Shown piece after piece: positions 20,225 to 32,790 of a DNA stretch of 47,366 bases. Numbering within the stretch: the first letter of the stretch is position 1; the number at the start of each line of letters is the position of its first letter. The stretch is from Nemertoderma westbladi (lineage: Eukaryota > Animalia > Xenacoelomorpha): contig JAUCBJ010003895.1 in NCBI GenBank assembly GCA_032718475.1, positions 1 through 47,366 of the forward strand. Reading direction: 5' to 3'. Below the pieces are notes generated by a model. The model was not told the DNA's origin. It saw nothing but the letters and a program-made list of their open reading frames with translations, and searched no databases. The position numbers and the translations under genes are program-made.

Positions 20225-21302
20225 ATGGCTCATCATGGAATATATAGCGATACAGAAATTAGCATGGAGGAAATTCCAGCAGGATCACCGGAAGGTGTCT
20301 ATGACGTCATATCGGATAACGCGATTCCACAACATACGTCACAGAATATTATAGGACGCAATAACGCCGTTACTGAGAGACGAGTTGTTTCAGTAAGAAG
20401 ATGGTGGGTTGGAGTTGTTGGTGGGATGTTGGAGTTGTTGGTGGGATCTTGGTAGTGTTGTTAGTGGCAGCGGCACTAGCAACATTGTTTGTTATAATGT
20501 CTAACAAGAACAATAAAGAATTAAAAGACCAGATTACAATTCAAAATAATCATAATAAAGAAATAAAAGACCAGATTACAATTCAAAATAATCACATCAT
20601 GGAAAGTATTGGGGATCTAAAGGAAAGAAATAACGAGTTAGGGGAAATGTTGTTGCAGCATCTTCCCGTGTTGGTTTGTTAAAAAACCGAAGTAGATTCT
20701 ATCACCTTCATCAACCATACTAATGGAGTAAATGGTGTCATTAGATGCGACAACTCAGTCCCTGGAGGTCCGTGGATAGTAATACAGAGGCGGGTAGATG
20801 GGTCAGTAGAATTCTTTCGCGAATGGATCAGTTATACTACCGGCTTTGGTAAGGTGGAGAGCGAGTTTTTTCTGAGTTTAGACGACATCCACAACCTTAC
20901 CAAAGACGGAGTCAAACTGAGGATCGATCTTTGGTACCGAGGAGAACACACGTACGCCGAGTATAATAACTTCGGTATCGGTGATTCTAATAGTAATTAC
21001 AGGCTACAGATATCCGGATACAGTGGTACAGCTGGTGGTGATTCGTTACTTTACGGGAGTCCTGGTGGGGTTAGCTACCTCAATGGACAACCTTTCTCAA
21101 CCTATGGTCGCGATAACGATGCTTGGTCCGGAAAATGCGCTGCCGACCAACACAAAGGGGCTTGGCGGTATCGGGGTGCAGCAACTCCAATCTAAACGGC
21201 GTCTACGGGGTGGCGGGTGGGGAGGGACCTCATTGGTTCACATTCACTGACCCCGAGAGTGTGGTACCGATGGAGAAAATAGAAATAAAGATCAGAGTTT
21301 AA
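20225..21302 (+). pseudogene. Type II transmembrane fibrinogen-related (FReD) protein pseudogene, FIBCD1-like architecture, single coding exon
   Basis: Cytoplasmic tail, TM segment GILVVLLVAAALATLFVIM, coiled coil, then CDNSVPGGPWIVIQRRVDGSVEFFREWISYTTGFG, YRLQISGYSGTAG, FSTYGRDND, CSNSNLNG. Lesions: 20-bp duplication frameshift (20408..20447), in-frame TAA (20680..20682), frameshift near 21175. Confidence 0.9.
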
Positions 21303-21540
21303 CGAATCTACTATTGTTAACTATTAACTATATTATTATTATTATTACATTTTAATTCACCATAGATCGCATAGATTATATATAGGGGACTACAACACTT
21401 AATACAATATTTAAGTCATGTATACACACCATGAACCGTAATATAGTATCATTTTCTGATGACACAGACCCCCCCAACCCCAGATATTTCTACAAATCTT
21501 TATCATATTGCTTATAATTTGAAACACAACTAGTTCCACT

Positions 21541-21812
21541 CACCGTTGTTGACCCATGAAGCTGGAATTTTCGATTTTGCCTCTAAATTTTTTTTATAAG
21601 CGTTTTAAAAAAGTTTATTTTGCGAAATCGCACCCTCCGTATCGTGGACTTTCTTCACAATAGTCGTAATTTTTTCATATCAATAAAAAGCTCGCCTTGC
21701 AAGGATTCCAAATATGTAACAATATCGGAATTTCGTTGAAAAAACAGCTGAGATATCGGCGTTCAAAGCTTCCAAGAATTATCGTTCGCTGCAGGCCATT
21801 GATTCTATTTAA
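21541..21812. mobile_element. Left arm of the same foldback MITE family as 607..17610
   Basis: Colinear with 607..720 + 17063..17205 and lacks the BEL insertion. Confidence 0.85.
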
Positions 21813-21890
21813 TTTTTTAATGATCCGCCCATAGATATAATCACGGTAAAATCAATTTACAATTAATAAGCATATATATTATACATATTT

Positions 21891-22399
21891 TGTGAGCGGA
21901 TTCAATTCCCTGCACTAGCCACCGAAAATGGGATTAGTGGCATTTTACCAATTATAGTTGGCGAGGTGACATTACCAATGGCGAGGTGAGAATTAATCAG
22001 GTTAAGCCAGTGGTGGGTGGGAGAGCATATTGGGAGTGATTAGAGCGCATCTATTGGACACTACTCAGACCACTCAGTAGTGTAGAGCTGATTTGGTATG
22101 TGTTAATAATAATATAACCGTTGCACTTATTGATTACTGATTCAGTTGGTTTTCCTATACAGTTGTGAGACCGGAACAGTTTGAACCGTCGTCGTCACTA
22201 CCGTGCTATTATATTCAGACTGTGCTATTGTTACGTTATGCGATTATAAAGACTGACAGTAAAACTCAGTTATTTGAACGGATGAACAGATGTACTATAT
22301 ACATCCAGAATACAGCTTTAGCAGCCTATGGACGCGGCGACACGTATAACACACACCGGTCGGGATTCATTACTGCCAACTCCGGTGGATCCCGTCACA
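21891..22399 (+). mobile_element. Possible solo LTR (about 510 bp)
   Basis: Imperfect terminal inverted repeat TGTGAGCGG...CCCGTCACA and higher GC than flanks; no TSD found. Confidence 0.3.
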
Positions 22400-23844
22400 T
22401 ATAATAATAAGCAATAAATAAACAGATTTATGTTGGTAGATTCGAAGACAGAATATAATGTGATAACCAGTCCATGAAGAATTCAATATCAAGCAAAGTT
22501 TCAAGTACAAATCGACATCAGTTGGGTGGTCCATCCATGCAGTCGCCATTTATTGCATTGTAAGACACTAACCCAACACCCAACCCCGCTGCATCCTCGA
22601 AACCCATCCTGCTATGCCATCTAACCCGTGAACCCCGTATCCGTAATGTATCAGTAGTGTAACAATGTCCGGTAGTCCTGATGATGGAAAACATCACCCT
22701 CGCCCTAACCCTAACCCAGCCCATTACTTCACCGTAACTCTTCACCCACTTTCGAGCTAAACGTTGCCCCAGGTTCTTCATGAAACGACCAGATACACCC
22801 TTCCAGATACACCACAGAAGAATATGTACACCGATTCCAATGTTTAACAAATAATTAAAGAGTAATTGGAAATAACTTATTAATTAGTTTATGAAGTATT
22901 CACGAGGTAATAATTGGCTGAAGTATTGATATACCCTGCAGTTATGTATTCAATTAATTATTTCTTAATGCATTTTTTAAACTTCTATTTATATCGCACT
23001 ATAATACAGTAATATATTTCATCTTTACAATTATTACTCAAGAAAAATCATTTTCAATAATAATTTGTATTCTAAGTTATTTGTTTTTTTATTAATAAAT
23101 ACATTAAAAAACTCAAAGAAAACTCCCTCGGAAGTTATTGCATTCAATCATAAATTCAGAAAGATTACAGGTAGTCAATTACGTTACATTATTTTACATC
23201 ATAAAATTGTATTCAGCAGAGCGAACATTGTGTCCAACGTAACCATTATTTTCACGATGAACTACAAAAAAATTAAAATATTTTACAATTAGATATTTTC
23301 TCTCAATTCACTGTCCTATTCAATTTTTTGGTTTTTTGGCTGGATGTTTGTCGAATTTTTTACATCCACCCTGTTTTTAAGAAAAGTGCAAATAGCCAAA
23401 AATGTTAACTCTATGTTAAAAATAAAAAAAGATCGCAAATTTTACCTAGTGTTACTTTACGTTGGGTTTTCTGGGGTGATAAATGTGATAAAACATGTTG
23501 TAGGGTCACTCAGACATGCGAAGGACAGACTACGTGAATAGCGAAAATAACTACTTGTAATTTTCGTACCGCACCTATCCCGGAAGGAGGCCCTACCAAA
23601 ATTTAAAAGCTTAAAATAATAAATATAGTATTAATTTTAAATATTATTTTAAATAAACCTAGATCGACCTCAGAAAAAATTCATATATCACTAGCTTTCG
23701 ATATAATATGTATATCTTTTTAAAGTGTTGAAAACCAATTAATTATAAATTAAATAAATAAAAAATATAAGTACAATTTAGAATTCTAGAAAGTTTGTTG
23801 ATGGTGTTCAATCCGAATTGTTTCTCTGTTAGAATAGTACATTG

Positions 23845-25190
23845 CTAAAAGCCCTCCCTGTTCCTTAGTTCGGTCTTTGTAGCATTTATATGCAATCCGA
23901 CCTCCTTAGCAGCCCTCTCCAATTTATTTAGTAGAAGCTGTGCATTTGCTAGCGTATTAGAGAGCAGGGCGATGTCATCCGCAAAGTCGTTGTCTGTAAC
24001 TGTAGTTGCCGGATATCTACTACTTCTTCGTTCTTGAAGTGTGAATCCCAGATCTTCACCCTCTGTGGCCGTCTTCATTGCGTAATCCAGTAAAATTACA
24101 AATAGTAATGGTGCTAATGTGTCACCTTGCTTTACACCAGCCAGAATACTTGCGCTTCTATGTCACAATATAACAATCCAATGCCAGCAACAATTACTTC
24201 TGGCATTCCATAAGCTCTTAGGATTTCAAGCATTTTACCTCTATCTATGGAGTCGAATGCCTTCTTGAAGTCCACAAAAGTCATAACTGCGGGGATATTC
24301 TTTGACTTAATTCCTTCAATCAGTCTCCGTAGTGCAAGTATCTGAGCTATTGTTGATTTACTTGGTCGAAATCGGTTTTGGCTCTTACGCAGTAGTTTCT
24401 CTATGTGAGGCCTAATCCTATATAGAATCATTTTATTGTATATTTTGGCAGCTACCACAAGCAGACATATCCCACGATAGTTTGTTGGTATACCGAGGTC
24501 TACTTTCTTGGGGAGAGGCTTAAGTTGACCTTTAGTACAAATTGGTGATGGCATTTCCCCTTTTAACATCCGGTTGCAAACATTCAATAATGGTCTGTTT
24601 AGCACTCCTATTTTCCATAGCTCCGCTGGGATTTCATATAATCCACTCGCTTTATTATTGGACATGCTTAATGCTTCTTTGGAGTTCGGCAGGTGTGAAG
24701 TCCCCTGTTTCTATAGGTAGTGTCTTCTCAGTTGTCTATATTTTCCTTGTAGGGCTGACCTCGATGTTTGGTGGCTGCCCAAGCAAGTTGCTGAAGTGAT
24801 TTTTCCACTTTCCAACACGTTCTTCAGGACTATCGGCTTTGAGGCGCCCCTTTGCACAACTTTTCCGACCAGATACACATTTACAGTTTGCCAGGTAAGT
24901 CTTGATTGTTGCTGTATGTGAGCAGTTGTAATTGCTTCAATTTTATCCTGTATGTACTTTTCCTGGCTGATGTTGTAGGCCAATTTAAGGTCGTCCTTAG
25001 CTTTCTCAACCTTGTTAATGTTTTCGGTTGTTGGTCGTTCAGTTTTTACTTTGTTGGCTATCTTAAGAACTTCTCTCTTACAAGTAACCTCAGAGTTTTG
25101 CCATGGCACATACTGTTTTCGTTTGGGTTTCTGGGGGATATGCCTCTTAGCTGATTCCTTTTCCTTGTGGGCTTTTATTATATTCTGGTA
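23845..25190 (-). mobile_element. Degenerate internal fragment of an RTE-clade LINE (reverse transcriptase region)
   Basis: NYRGICLLVVAAKIYN, FVDFKKAFDSI, (Q)GDTLAPLLF and DFADDIALL spread over frameshifted ORFs. Confidence 0.92.
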
Positions 25191-26346
25191 AATTGAAATA
25201 AATTATATAAAAAAAGTTATAACGAACCTGTCTTTAGACTGGGTAGTTTTTGTCTAAAGCTGAGGCCGGCAAAAACACGATGGATATATTTACCTATATA
25301 TTTACCTATATCACTATATATGTCACTATATCACTCTCTATGTATGTTCACCAAATGGCTTGAAACCACTTGCATGCATTGTAAAATTGTAAACGCAAGT
25401 ATTTATCAATTGTTGTCTAGTTGTTGAATAAAAAAGTTGGGAACGATTCGAAGTGCGATATTCGAAATATTTGCATATTTTCAACATTATTGAACGCGAA
25501 ATTAAATACCCACAACTCCCTTGCTTGAAATGTTTTTCAGGTGATTGATATTTAGCAATTATTATGAGGTTACTTACTACTGAAATCTGACAGAATGCCA
25601 AACGTATTATTATAGTTCTATCTCTATTCAGCCAGTTAGTGTAATGTCAAGCAGTACATCATTTATATATCGTATGTATCTATAGGGCCTAATTGTCATC
25701 GTTATAATACTGTCATCAACTTAGGCTAAGCTCAATTGTAATGCAAAGGCTTAGTAGGTTTTGTATATCTGGGACGTTTACAACAGCTGTCGATTAAACT
25801 AACAAAACCATAAAACTGAACCAGGGTGGCTGCCAGCCGGGTACCAACGGCTGTTGGGTAGACTTAAGAGAACATTTCACAAACTTTCATAGGATGCTTG
25901 TACATGTACATTATATTGGTTGCTCCGATGTTTTTATTAGGCTAACTGAGAATGTATCAGGTATAAATACTGTAATTATAGTGTTCTTTATTTTATTTAT
26001 CTAATACAGAAAAGACCCCTCCGCAGAATAAACTGCTCATTTGGGCCGTTTCTCAGGTTGCGGATATGGATACCATTTCACACATCATCGTAGTAATTGT
26101 GATTATGATTTGTTTGCCTAGGCGAATGTGTATTACATTAGATGGGAGGCAGTTTTTTGGTTGATGCAAGTCATTCTTGGTTTGCATCTTCCAATCCCAT
26201 CTGTTTCTTGGAGTCTGTGTAAGACAGGTTCGTTTAAAGCCATCTTGATGGCGTTCTAGTATATATAATAAAACAATGCTAATAGCATTGTGTAAAGCCA
26301 ATATCTTGTAATTGTAACGTTGGTTACTAAATTTCGACATGAGTAT

Positions 26347-28164
26347 TGTTACGATATATGGCGTTGTGTCTAAAACTACCCGTTATACAGTACAAAACAG
26401 ATTAGATAAGCGTATTGATGTGTAACCGTAATATAATTAGATAGGGTGAATAAAATCTACAGGTTTATTTTTATATTCATTTAATTTTATACAGTATGTA
26501 GCCCTAATTTTATAATAAAACTCTACTGTATTAATTTGCGGTGGCAAAATTCTATAAATCAAATGTACGAATTTACTGTTTTCCAATATCTATCGAATCT
26601 ACAACATAATTGTGCTAACTTCGCCTACATTTCTATGTAAATCATTATTTGTGCTAAATTAACGCTTAAATTGTGCGTTTAATAATTGCCAAATTAATTT
26701 AGTGTGATTATGTGCTTCTGCTTACTGGTTGGTCGAGAGCCCAGCTGGGAGAACCCTGGATCTGGCCGATCATGTGAGCAGATAGATATTGCGTCATTCT
26801 TGCAAGTTTGATGTTGCCCATCTTTAATCTTTGTAATTTGCACTTCCGTTTAACTGTAAAATTTGCTGCTTTCTGCTATAAATTGTGACTTTGATATGAT
26901 TACTGCTTGAACTGATTCTTGATTTTATATTTCTGATTGTTAATTAGAATGCAATGTAGTAAATCTAAATCAACACCTCATTTCTTCGGACTGTCTGACT
27001 GTTTGATGTTTATTGAGCCGTCACGGTAACCGCCCGCTTTAGTATGCAGGGGTAAGGGTAGGCGTCTTGGGCTCACTGTTTGGAAGCGACGGAAGGAGAG
27101 TTGGAGGATCCAATGCATGGCAGTACCTGCAAGGGCTGGTAGCTGCGGGTCGGGCTAATTAAAGTTTAGGACCAGTCACCATTAAGGCTGTAAAAGGCAA
27201 GGCGACCTAGTTCTTGTCACTCTGATTCGCTAGTTAGTTAGGTAGAAAGATCATATTGATCTGGGGTGACCTTAGCTGTTTACGCTAACATTACCGCTAA
27301 ATGTGGCTAACGCTACTGCTAAATGTGGCTAACGCTATTGCTGCGCTTATTGTTATTATTGTTTAGGAATGCTTGATTTTGATTGTAATGTTTTAGATAG
27401 GCGCTATTTATCAATTGTTTTCTATTTCTAAATCTAGGGTTGTTTAATTGCGGTTAGATCAAATACTGTAATACGGTATTTAGGCTGAATTAGTGTAACC
27501 CAGTAGCGTAACTAGTTAGAGTTATAAATTCTGGAATACCTAGTAATTAGTTCGCAACTCCGTATGTTTGAGTAAATGTAGTTTATGCTAGTACTGTATT
27601 TACAACAAAATAAGGATTTCGTACGCTGCATACTGTAGTGGAGAATAGTTTTAGTTGTTTACACTTAGGAAATATTTTTGGACTAATTACGCTAAGTGGT
27701 TATCCGAAAATAGCAGGTTTGCAAGTCTACAGTAGTCGCAAGCGTAGCGAAGCAATAATATAGCTGATTACAGTCAGCGCTAAGGGCTACTACTACTAGA
27801 TGATGAGCTGAGGAGCCGTTGGGCTCCCTCTAATGATTCTGACCCCGGCGCTAAGGGCACCGGGGTTTAGGTAAATGATTTCACCCTCATTCGCAATATT
27901 AAATATTCTCACATTCAACATTTTTGTCAGCCTGACGAACTGCTTTATTTCTCTGTGAAAGGTGAACAATTAGAGTGTTAAGTCACCGACACTCGTATTA
28001 GTGTGTCTGGGAAGCCAAATCAGTTTTATTGTTTTGGTTATTTCTGTTTTGGCTTTTGTTTAGATTGATTAGCTTGGTATGTTATAGTTTGATTAAACCC
28101 ATTTGTTTCATTCGAAAATACAAACATATCAAAAGGAAGAATCCCCTTTGAGATTTCTTTAACA
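26347..28164 (+). mobile_element. Diverged solo LTR related to the BEL LTRs, in opposite orientation
   Basis: Starts TGTTACGATATATGGCG (BEL: TGTTACGGTATATGGCG); colinear blocks TTAGATAGGCGCT, TAATACGGTATTTAGGCTG, ACGCTAAGTGGTTAT, TTAAATATTCTCACATTCA, TTTATTGTTTTGGTTATT, ATCCCCTTT; ends TTTAACA. Right end uncertain, no TSD match. Confidence 0.75.
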
Positions 28165-28248
28165 CATACAGTAGCATACATTATTAATTAATTTAAAGTA
28201 AACTTTTATATTGATTACACATTATTTGGAAATACATTAAAGCAAAAA

Positions 28249-28673
28249 ATGTTTAGACTCATACATCATCCTTGTGTTGCCACAGCAATAATATTGCTTC
28301 TGATTCCTGATGGTAAAATGTTTGAAATACCAATTAGTTACATGGTGGTAGATGACACTAATAAAGTTATGTCTTCCAGCCAAATTCTGGTTGGCCCGCT
28401 ACTAGCGAGCAACATCAGATGTGCCGCAATGTGTACCCAAAGACACCCCCGCTGCAAATCCTATCAGATTAGAAACCTAGGTGCTGAAACATTATGTGTT
28501 CTTAACAAACAGACTCATATTACAGACCCAAGTCAAATTGTAGAATCCTTTGGTTGGGAAATGTTCGCGCCTATGTCGTCCCCCATATTATCAATCCGCA
28601 GCTCATCTACCAGGCAAATTTCAGATTGGTCAAACAAATTTACGGCTTCTAAAGCTGTAGACGGAAAGATTGG
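28249..28673 (+). CDS. Exon 1 of a PAN/apple + F-type lectin (FTP) protein, about 250 aa; join(28249..28673,40236..40349,42987..43200)
   Basis: Hydrophobic N-terminus, PAN motif RCAAMC...CKSY...CVLN, FTP start QIS...ASKAVDG; phase-2 donor GG|GTTAGT at 28674. Confidence 0.85.
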
Positions 28674-28904
28674 GTTAGTGAAGTTTGCATTTAACATAAA
28701 ATAGTCTTATTAAATTTCGAAACAATGTTTCCCTCCGTTTTTTAATTTGCCTTTTTTTTCAATTTTCAATTCAAAATAGTAATCAGAGTTAAATTCGAAT
28801 CGGAGTCATGGTAACACCTAAAAACTGTAACTGAATATAATATATAACACATTGTGGGGCCTTCGCGCAGCACGAGAGCCTATATAAGCAAGTCCATACA
28901 ATCC

Positions 28905-29045
28905 ACAATTGTGCATTAAAATGCTACGCCGGCTTATCGACAAAATTGCGCGGCCACAACTCCATGACTTCCGCGAGATCATCCGCATCTTCAAGACCAG
29001 TGTTCCTTAGTAATAGGCCTTTCAAGAAAGTCATTGGCTATCCTC
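28905..29045 (-). mobile_element. Short diverged 3' fragment of the RTE family seen at 1..200 and 34430..34570
   Basis: Reverse complement contains ACACTGGTCTTGAAGATGCGGATGATCT and GCAATTTTGTCGATAAGCCGGC. Confidence 0.8.
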
Positions 29046-30211
29046 TCTCTCAGCATGGAGCCTTGGGTTTCGAACGCTTAAATTAATTAATTAATTGCTT
29101 TAATAATGATGTTTATCTAGGAATATTGATGAAATTCATATCCCTTTTTATTTATTTGTATGGAATTAATTTCGCACTGCCAACTCGCCAGGGCGACATA
29201 TCTTCTAACATTATATGCATAATTACAAATAATGCCCCACACATAAATAAAATTAGATTCGCCCTTGTTCATAATTAGCACTTTATAATTATTTATTGCA
29301 TGGTAAATAATGTAGAAAATTATTTTGACTAGACTCGAGATATTTTATTTACCGAGCGTAGCGAGGTTTATACAGAATTTCATTTTATTCAAAATCTCTC
29401 GTGCCTTGACGCTATAAATAAAATGCTATGTTATGAACAATTACGTATATATTTATTATTCAACTAATATATTTATTCAATAATGGAATATATTGTATAA
29501 TTAAATAAATTTTCTAATTTATTAACAACCTAATATACTGTAACAAAAAAAATCAATACAATGACATTGCATCGATCTAATCTTAATTAGGGTTTGGGCC
29601 ACAACTAAAGTCAATATAACAAATTAGTAATCAGCTGTTTGGCATCTGTGTGGCATCAGCTGTTTCCTCTGGAGAGTGATGGCTTTTTATTGCATAGAAA
29701 GTCCCCCCCCCCCCCCCCCCCTACCACCTGTCCCCTTTCCCTATTATATCAGTCAATAGGGTACCAAGGTCTTTATTACCACGTGGGCGACACTCGCACT
29801 ATGACAGGCAGACACCACTGTCTGGCTGGTGCACTAACACTAACACTATAGCTTAACCCTATTACCACTGGGGTGTTTAGACCATTAGACCAGCTTCACA
29901 CTACAGCTGAGCAACAGGTATGAGGTTCTTGCCACTGAGGCGGCAGATCACTGTAAGGGCTATACTGCCTTCACAGAAGCAGTTAAGTTCGCAGCTGCAG
30001 AAACAGTTCCTGTATACCCTCGAAACAGGAAAAGGGCCCCCTGGACTGACAACAAAATCCAAAAGAGCCGAAATGACCTATATAAGGCGCAGAAAGAGTC
30101 CCGACTCAAACAGACTACAGCGGCCAAGAATGCAGTTAAGGCTGCATCTAGGTCCCTGAACAGGCAGTACTCTGTTAATCTACAGGAACTAATAAACCAA
30201 CAGGTTGATTA

Positions 30212-32790
30212 TGTAGCGATACTGTATGCGGGACTTAGGAGATATACAGTAGTGGCGTCCCTAGTTGCCTAGCAACGGACGATGTGGAGTTTTACATACA
30301 GACTGTCCATCTATCATCTTTTGGTACCGTACACTGCAGTACCGGCACGCTGTGTGCTATACGGATGACTGCGGCCCTATCCCGGTATATCTATATCTTT
30401 ACAGTAGCAATGCATTGCTAACTATTATTATTATAATACATAATAACCCGCGCTTCGATTTATTCATTGAGAATAACGCCGCTACATTTGGTGACCTATC
30501 ACCGTTTCCTCCCCAACATCGCAGGATGCCTCGCCCCTCTCCACGAGGCCACCAAGTCCACCCCTGGAGCGTTTGCTTGGAACTCTGAGTGTGCCAACGC
30601 ATTCGCCGCCGCCAAGCGTGCCCTCGCCGACGCCGCTCTATTGTGCCACCCCCGGACATCCGACTTCCTGTCTGTGTCGTGCGACGCCTCCGGCACCGCC
30701 ATAGGAGCCTCCCTCGATCAGCGCGCATCGGCTTCAGAGGACTGGCAGCCACTCGCTTTCTTCTCCCGCAAGTTGTCCTCGGCCGAGAAGAAATACAGCG
30801 TTTTTGACCGCGAGCTCCTCGCCATGTTCGCGGCCATCTGCCATTTCCGACATTTCGTCGAGGGCCGGCCCTTCATTATCTACACTGACCACCGCCCTCT
30901 GACCTTCGCATTCGCCAACACCGCCGAGCGTTCCCCCCGCCAGACACGCCACTTGGCCTTTGTGTCGGAATTCTCTACCGACGTCCGACACATTTCCGGT
31001 AAGGTCAACGTCGTCGCCGACGCTCTTTCCCGGTCCGACGACTGCACACCCGCCTCTAACCCACTAGTCGGTGCTCTCCTCGCGCCCGAGGTCGACTTTG
31101 CCGCCCTAGCCGCGGCTCAGACAGCCGCCTCGGTCGAGATCTCGGCCTACAGGACATCCATTTCCGGCCTCCACCTGGCCGACATACCATGCCGCGACTT
31201 CACGGTCTTGTGCGACACCTCGACGGGCCGGAACCGCCCCGTCGTCCCGGATGGCTGGCGCGGCCGGATCTTCGAGGCCATCCATGGCCTCTCACATGCC
31301 GGTCCAAAGCCCACCATCCGCGCCATCTCCGAGCGTTTTATCTGGCATGGGATGAAGAAAGACGTGCGCCGACGCTGCCTCGAGTGCGCCGCCTGCCAGG
31401 CCTCCAAGGTCGGCCGCCATGTCCATGCGCCACTAGAAAGTCGCCCTGCCCCTGAGGCCCGATTCGAGAGCCTCCACATAGACATCGTTGGTCCACTTCC
31501 ACCATCGGAAGGCCACGGCTACCTATTCACAATCATCGACAGGTTCACACGGTGGCCTGAGGCCATCCCCATTATCGACGCCACCGCTGAGACGTGTGCC
31601 CGCGCACTTCTACGGGGCTGGATCGCCAGGTTCGGGATACCCGGGGACATCACCTCCGATCGCGGGGCGCAGTTTACCTCTCACCTGTGGGCCGAGCTTC
31701 ACAACCTCCTCGGCATCTCGGCCTCCACTACTACATCCTACCACCCACAGGCGAATGGGATGATCGAGCGACTCCATCGCCAACTCAAGGCATCGCTCAA
31801 GGCCCGCCTACATGGACCAAAATGGATGGACGAACTCCCACTAGTCCTACTCGGGATCAGGACGGCTTGGAAGGAGGACCCTGGCTGCTCACCCGCCGAC
31901 CTCGTCTATGGCACCCCCCTCCACGTGCCTGGCGAGTTCGTGGGCCCTGGGTCCGCGCGAACAGAGACTCCATCCTCAGCTTTCGTCTCCGACCTCAAGG
32001 AACGCCTCAAGTCAGCTGTTCCCCCGCCGACAAACTTCCACGGCTCACCGTCAACCTCCCACATCCCGGCATCCCTGGCCTCGACAGGTTACGTGTATGT
32101 ACGCCGTGGTGGTCATGTAGGACCTCTCAACCGCCCCTATGCTGGCCCCTACAAAATCATTAAGGTGGAGCCAAAAACTTTCCTCCTTGACCTCAATGGC
32201 CGCCTGGATCATGTCTCCATCGACAGACTGAAGATTGCCTTCATTCCGCGGCCGCCCACGATCCCACCGGCACCGTTGGCATCTTCGTCAGATCCCGACC
32301 TTCCGGCGCCTTCCTACGCTGCCGTAGCAGCCACTCCAGCACGACATACCAGTCCTTACGCCAGGCCCAAGGCCCACTCGAAACCTCCCACCACGACGTC
32401 GTCCACGTTTCAGACTCGTTCCGGCCGACAGGTCCGCCGTCCGGAAAGATATACCACCTAACATTCATCGCCACTATTAGGGATTTATCGTGTTACCACA
32501 CTTGAGGGGGGGTTATGTAGCGATACTGTATGCGGGACTTAGGAGATATACAGTAGTGGCGTCCCTAGTTGCCTAGCAACGGACGATGTGGAGTTTTACA
32601 TACAGACTGTCCATCTATCATCTTTTGGTACCGTACACTGCAGTACCGGCACGCTGTGTGCTATACGGATGACTGCGGCCCTATCCCGGTATATCTATAT
32701 CTTTACAGTAGCAATGCATTGCTAACTATTATTATTATAATACATAATAACCCGCGCTTCGATTTATTCATTGAGAATAACGCCGCTACA
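30212..32790 (+). mobile_element. Internally deleted Ty3/Gypsy LTR retrotransposon (CsRn1-like) with 275-bp LTRs at 30212..30486 and 32516..32790
   Basis: TGTAGCG...CGCTACA LTRs, identical by eye; PBS remnant TGGTGACC (30489..30496); PPT GAGGGGGGG before the 3' LTR; gag, protease and most of RT absent. Confidence 0.95.
30497..32461 (+). CDS. Gypsy pol remnant: RT connection, RNase H and integrase (open frame)
   Basis: YHRFLP, CDASGTAIGA, RELLA, YTDHRPL, VADALSR, HAG...CAAC, HIDIVGP, SDRGAQF, GMIERLH, YAGPY, C-terminal TRSGRQVRRPERY. Confidence 0.92.
   Translation, partial: YHRFLPNIAGCLAPLHEATKSTPGAFAWNSECANAFAAAKRALADAALLCHPRTSDFLSVSCDASGTAIGASLDQRASASEDWQPLAFFSRKLSSAEKKYSVFDRELLAMFAAICHFRHFVEGRPFIIYTDHRPLTFAFANTAERSPRQTRHLAFVSEFSTDVRHISGKVNVVADALSRSDDCTPASNPLVGALLAPEVDFAALAAAQTAASVEISAYRTSISGLHLADIPCRDFTVLCDTSTGRNRPVVPDGWRGRIFEAIHGLSHAGPKPTIRAISERFIWHGMKKDVRRRCLECAACQASKVGRHVHAPLESRPAPEARFESLHIDIVGPLPPSEGHGYLFTIIDRFTRWPEAIPIIDATAETCARALLRGWIARFGIPGDITSDRGAQFTSHLWAELHNLLGISASTTTSYHPQANGMIERLHRQLKASLKARLHGPKWMDELPLVLLGIRTAWKEDPGCSPADLVYGTPLHVPGEFVGPGSARTETPSSAFVSDLKERLKSAVPPPTNFHGSPSTSHIPASLASTGYVYVRRGGHVGPLNRPYAGPYKIIKVEPKTFLLDLNGRLDHVSIDRLKIAFIPRPPTIPPAPLASSSDPDLPAPSYAAVAATPARHTSPYARPKAHSKPPTTTSSTFQTRSGRQVRRPERYTT

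Noticed and set aside
22565-22720. CCCTAA telomere-like units
   Set aside because: Only two perfect units within degenerate repeat sequence; not a telomeric array.
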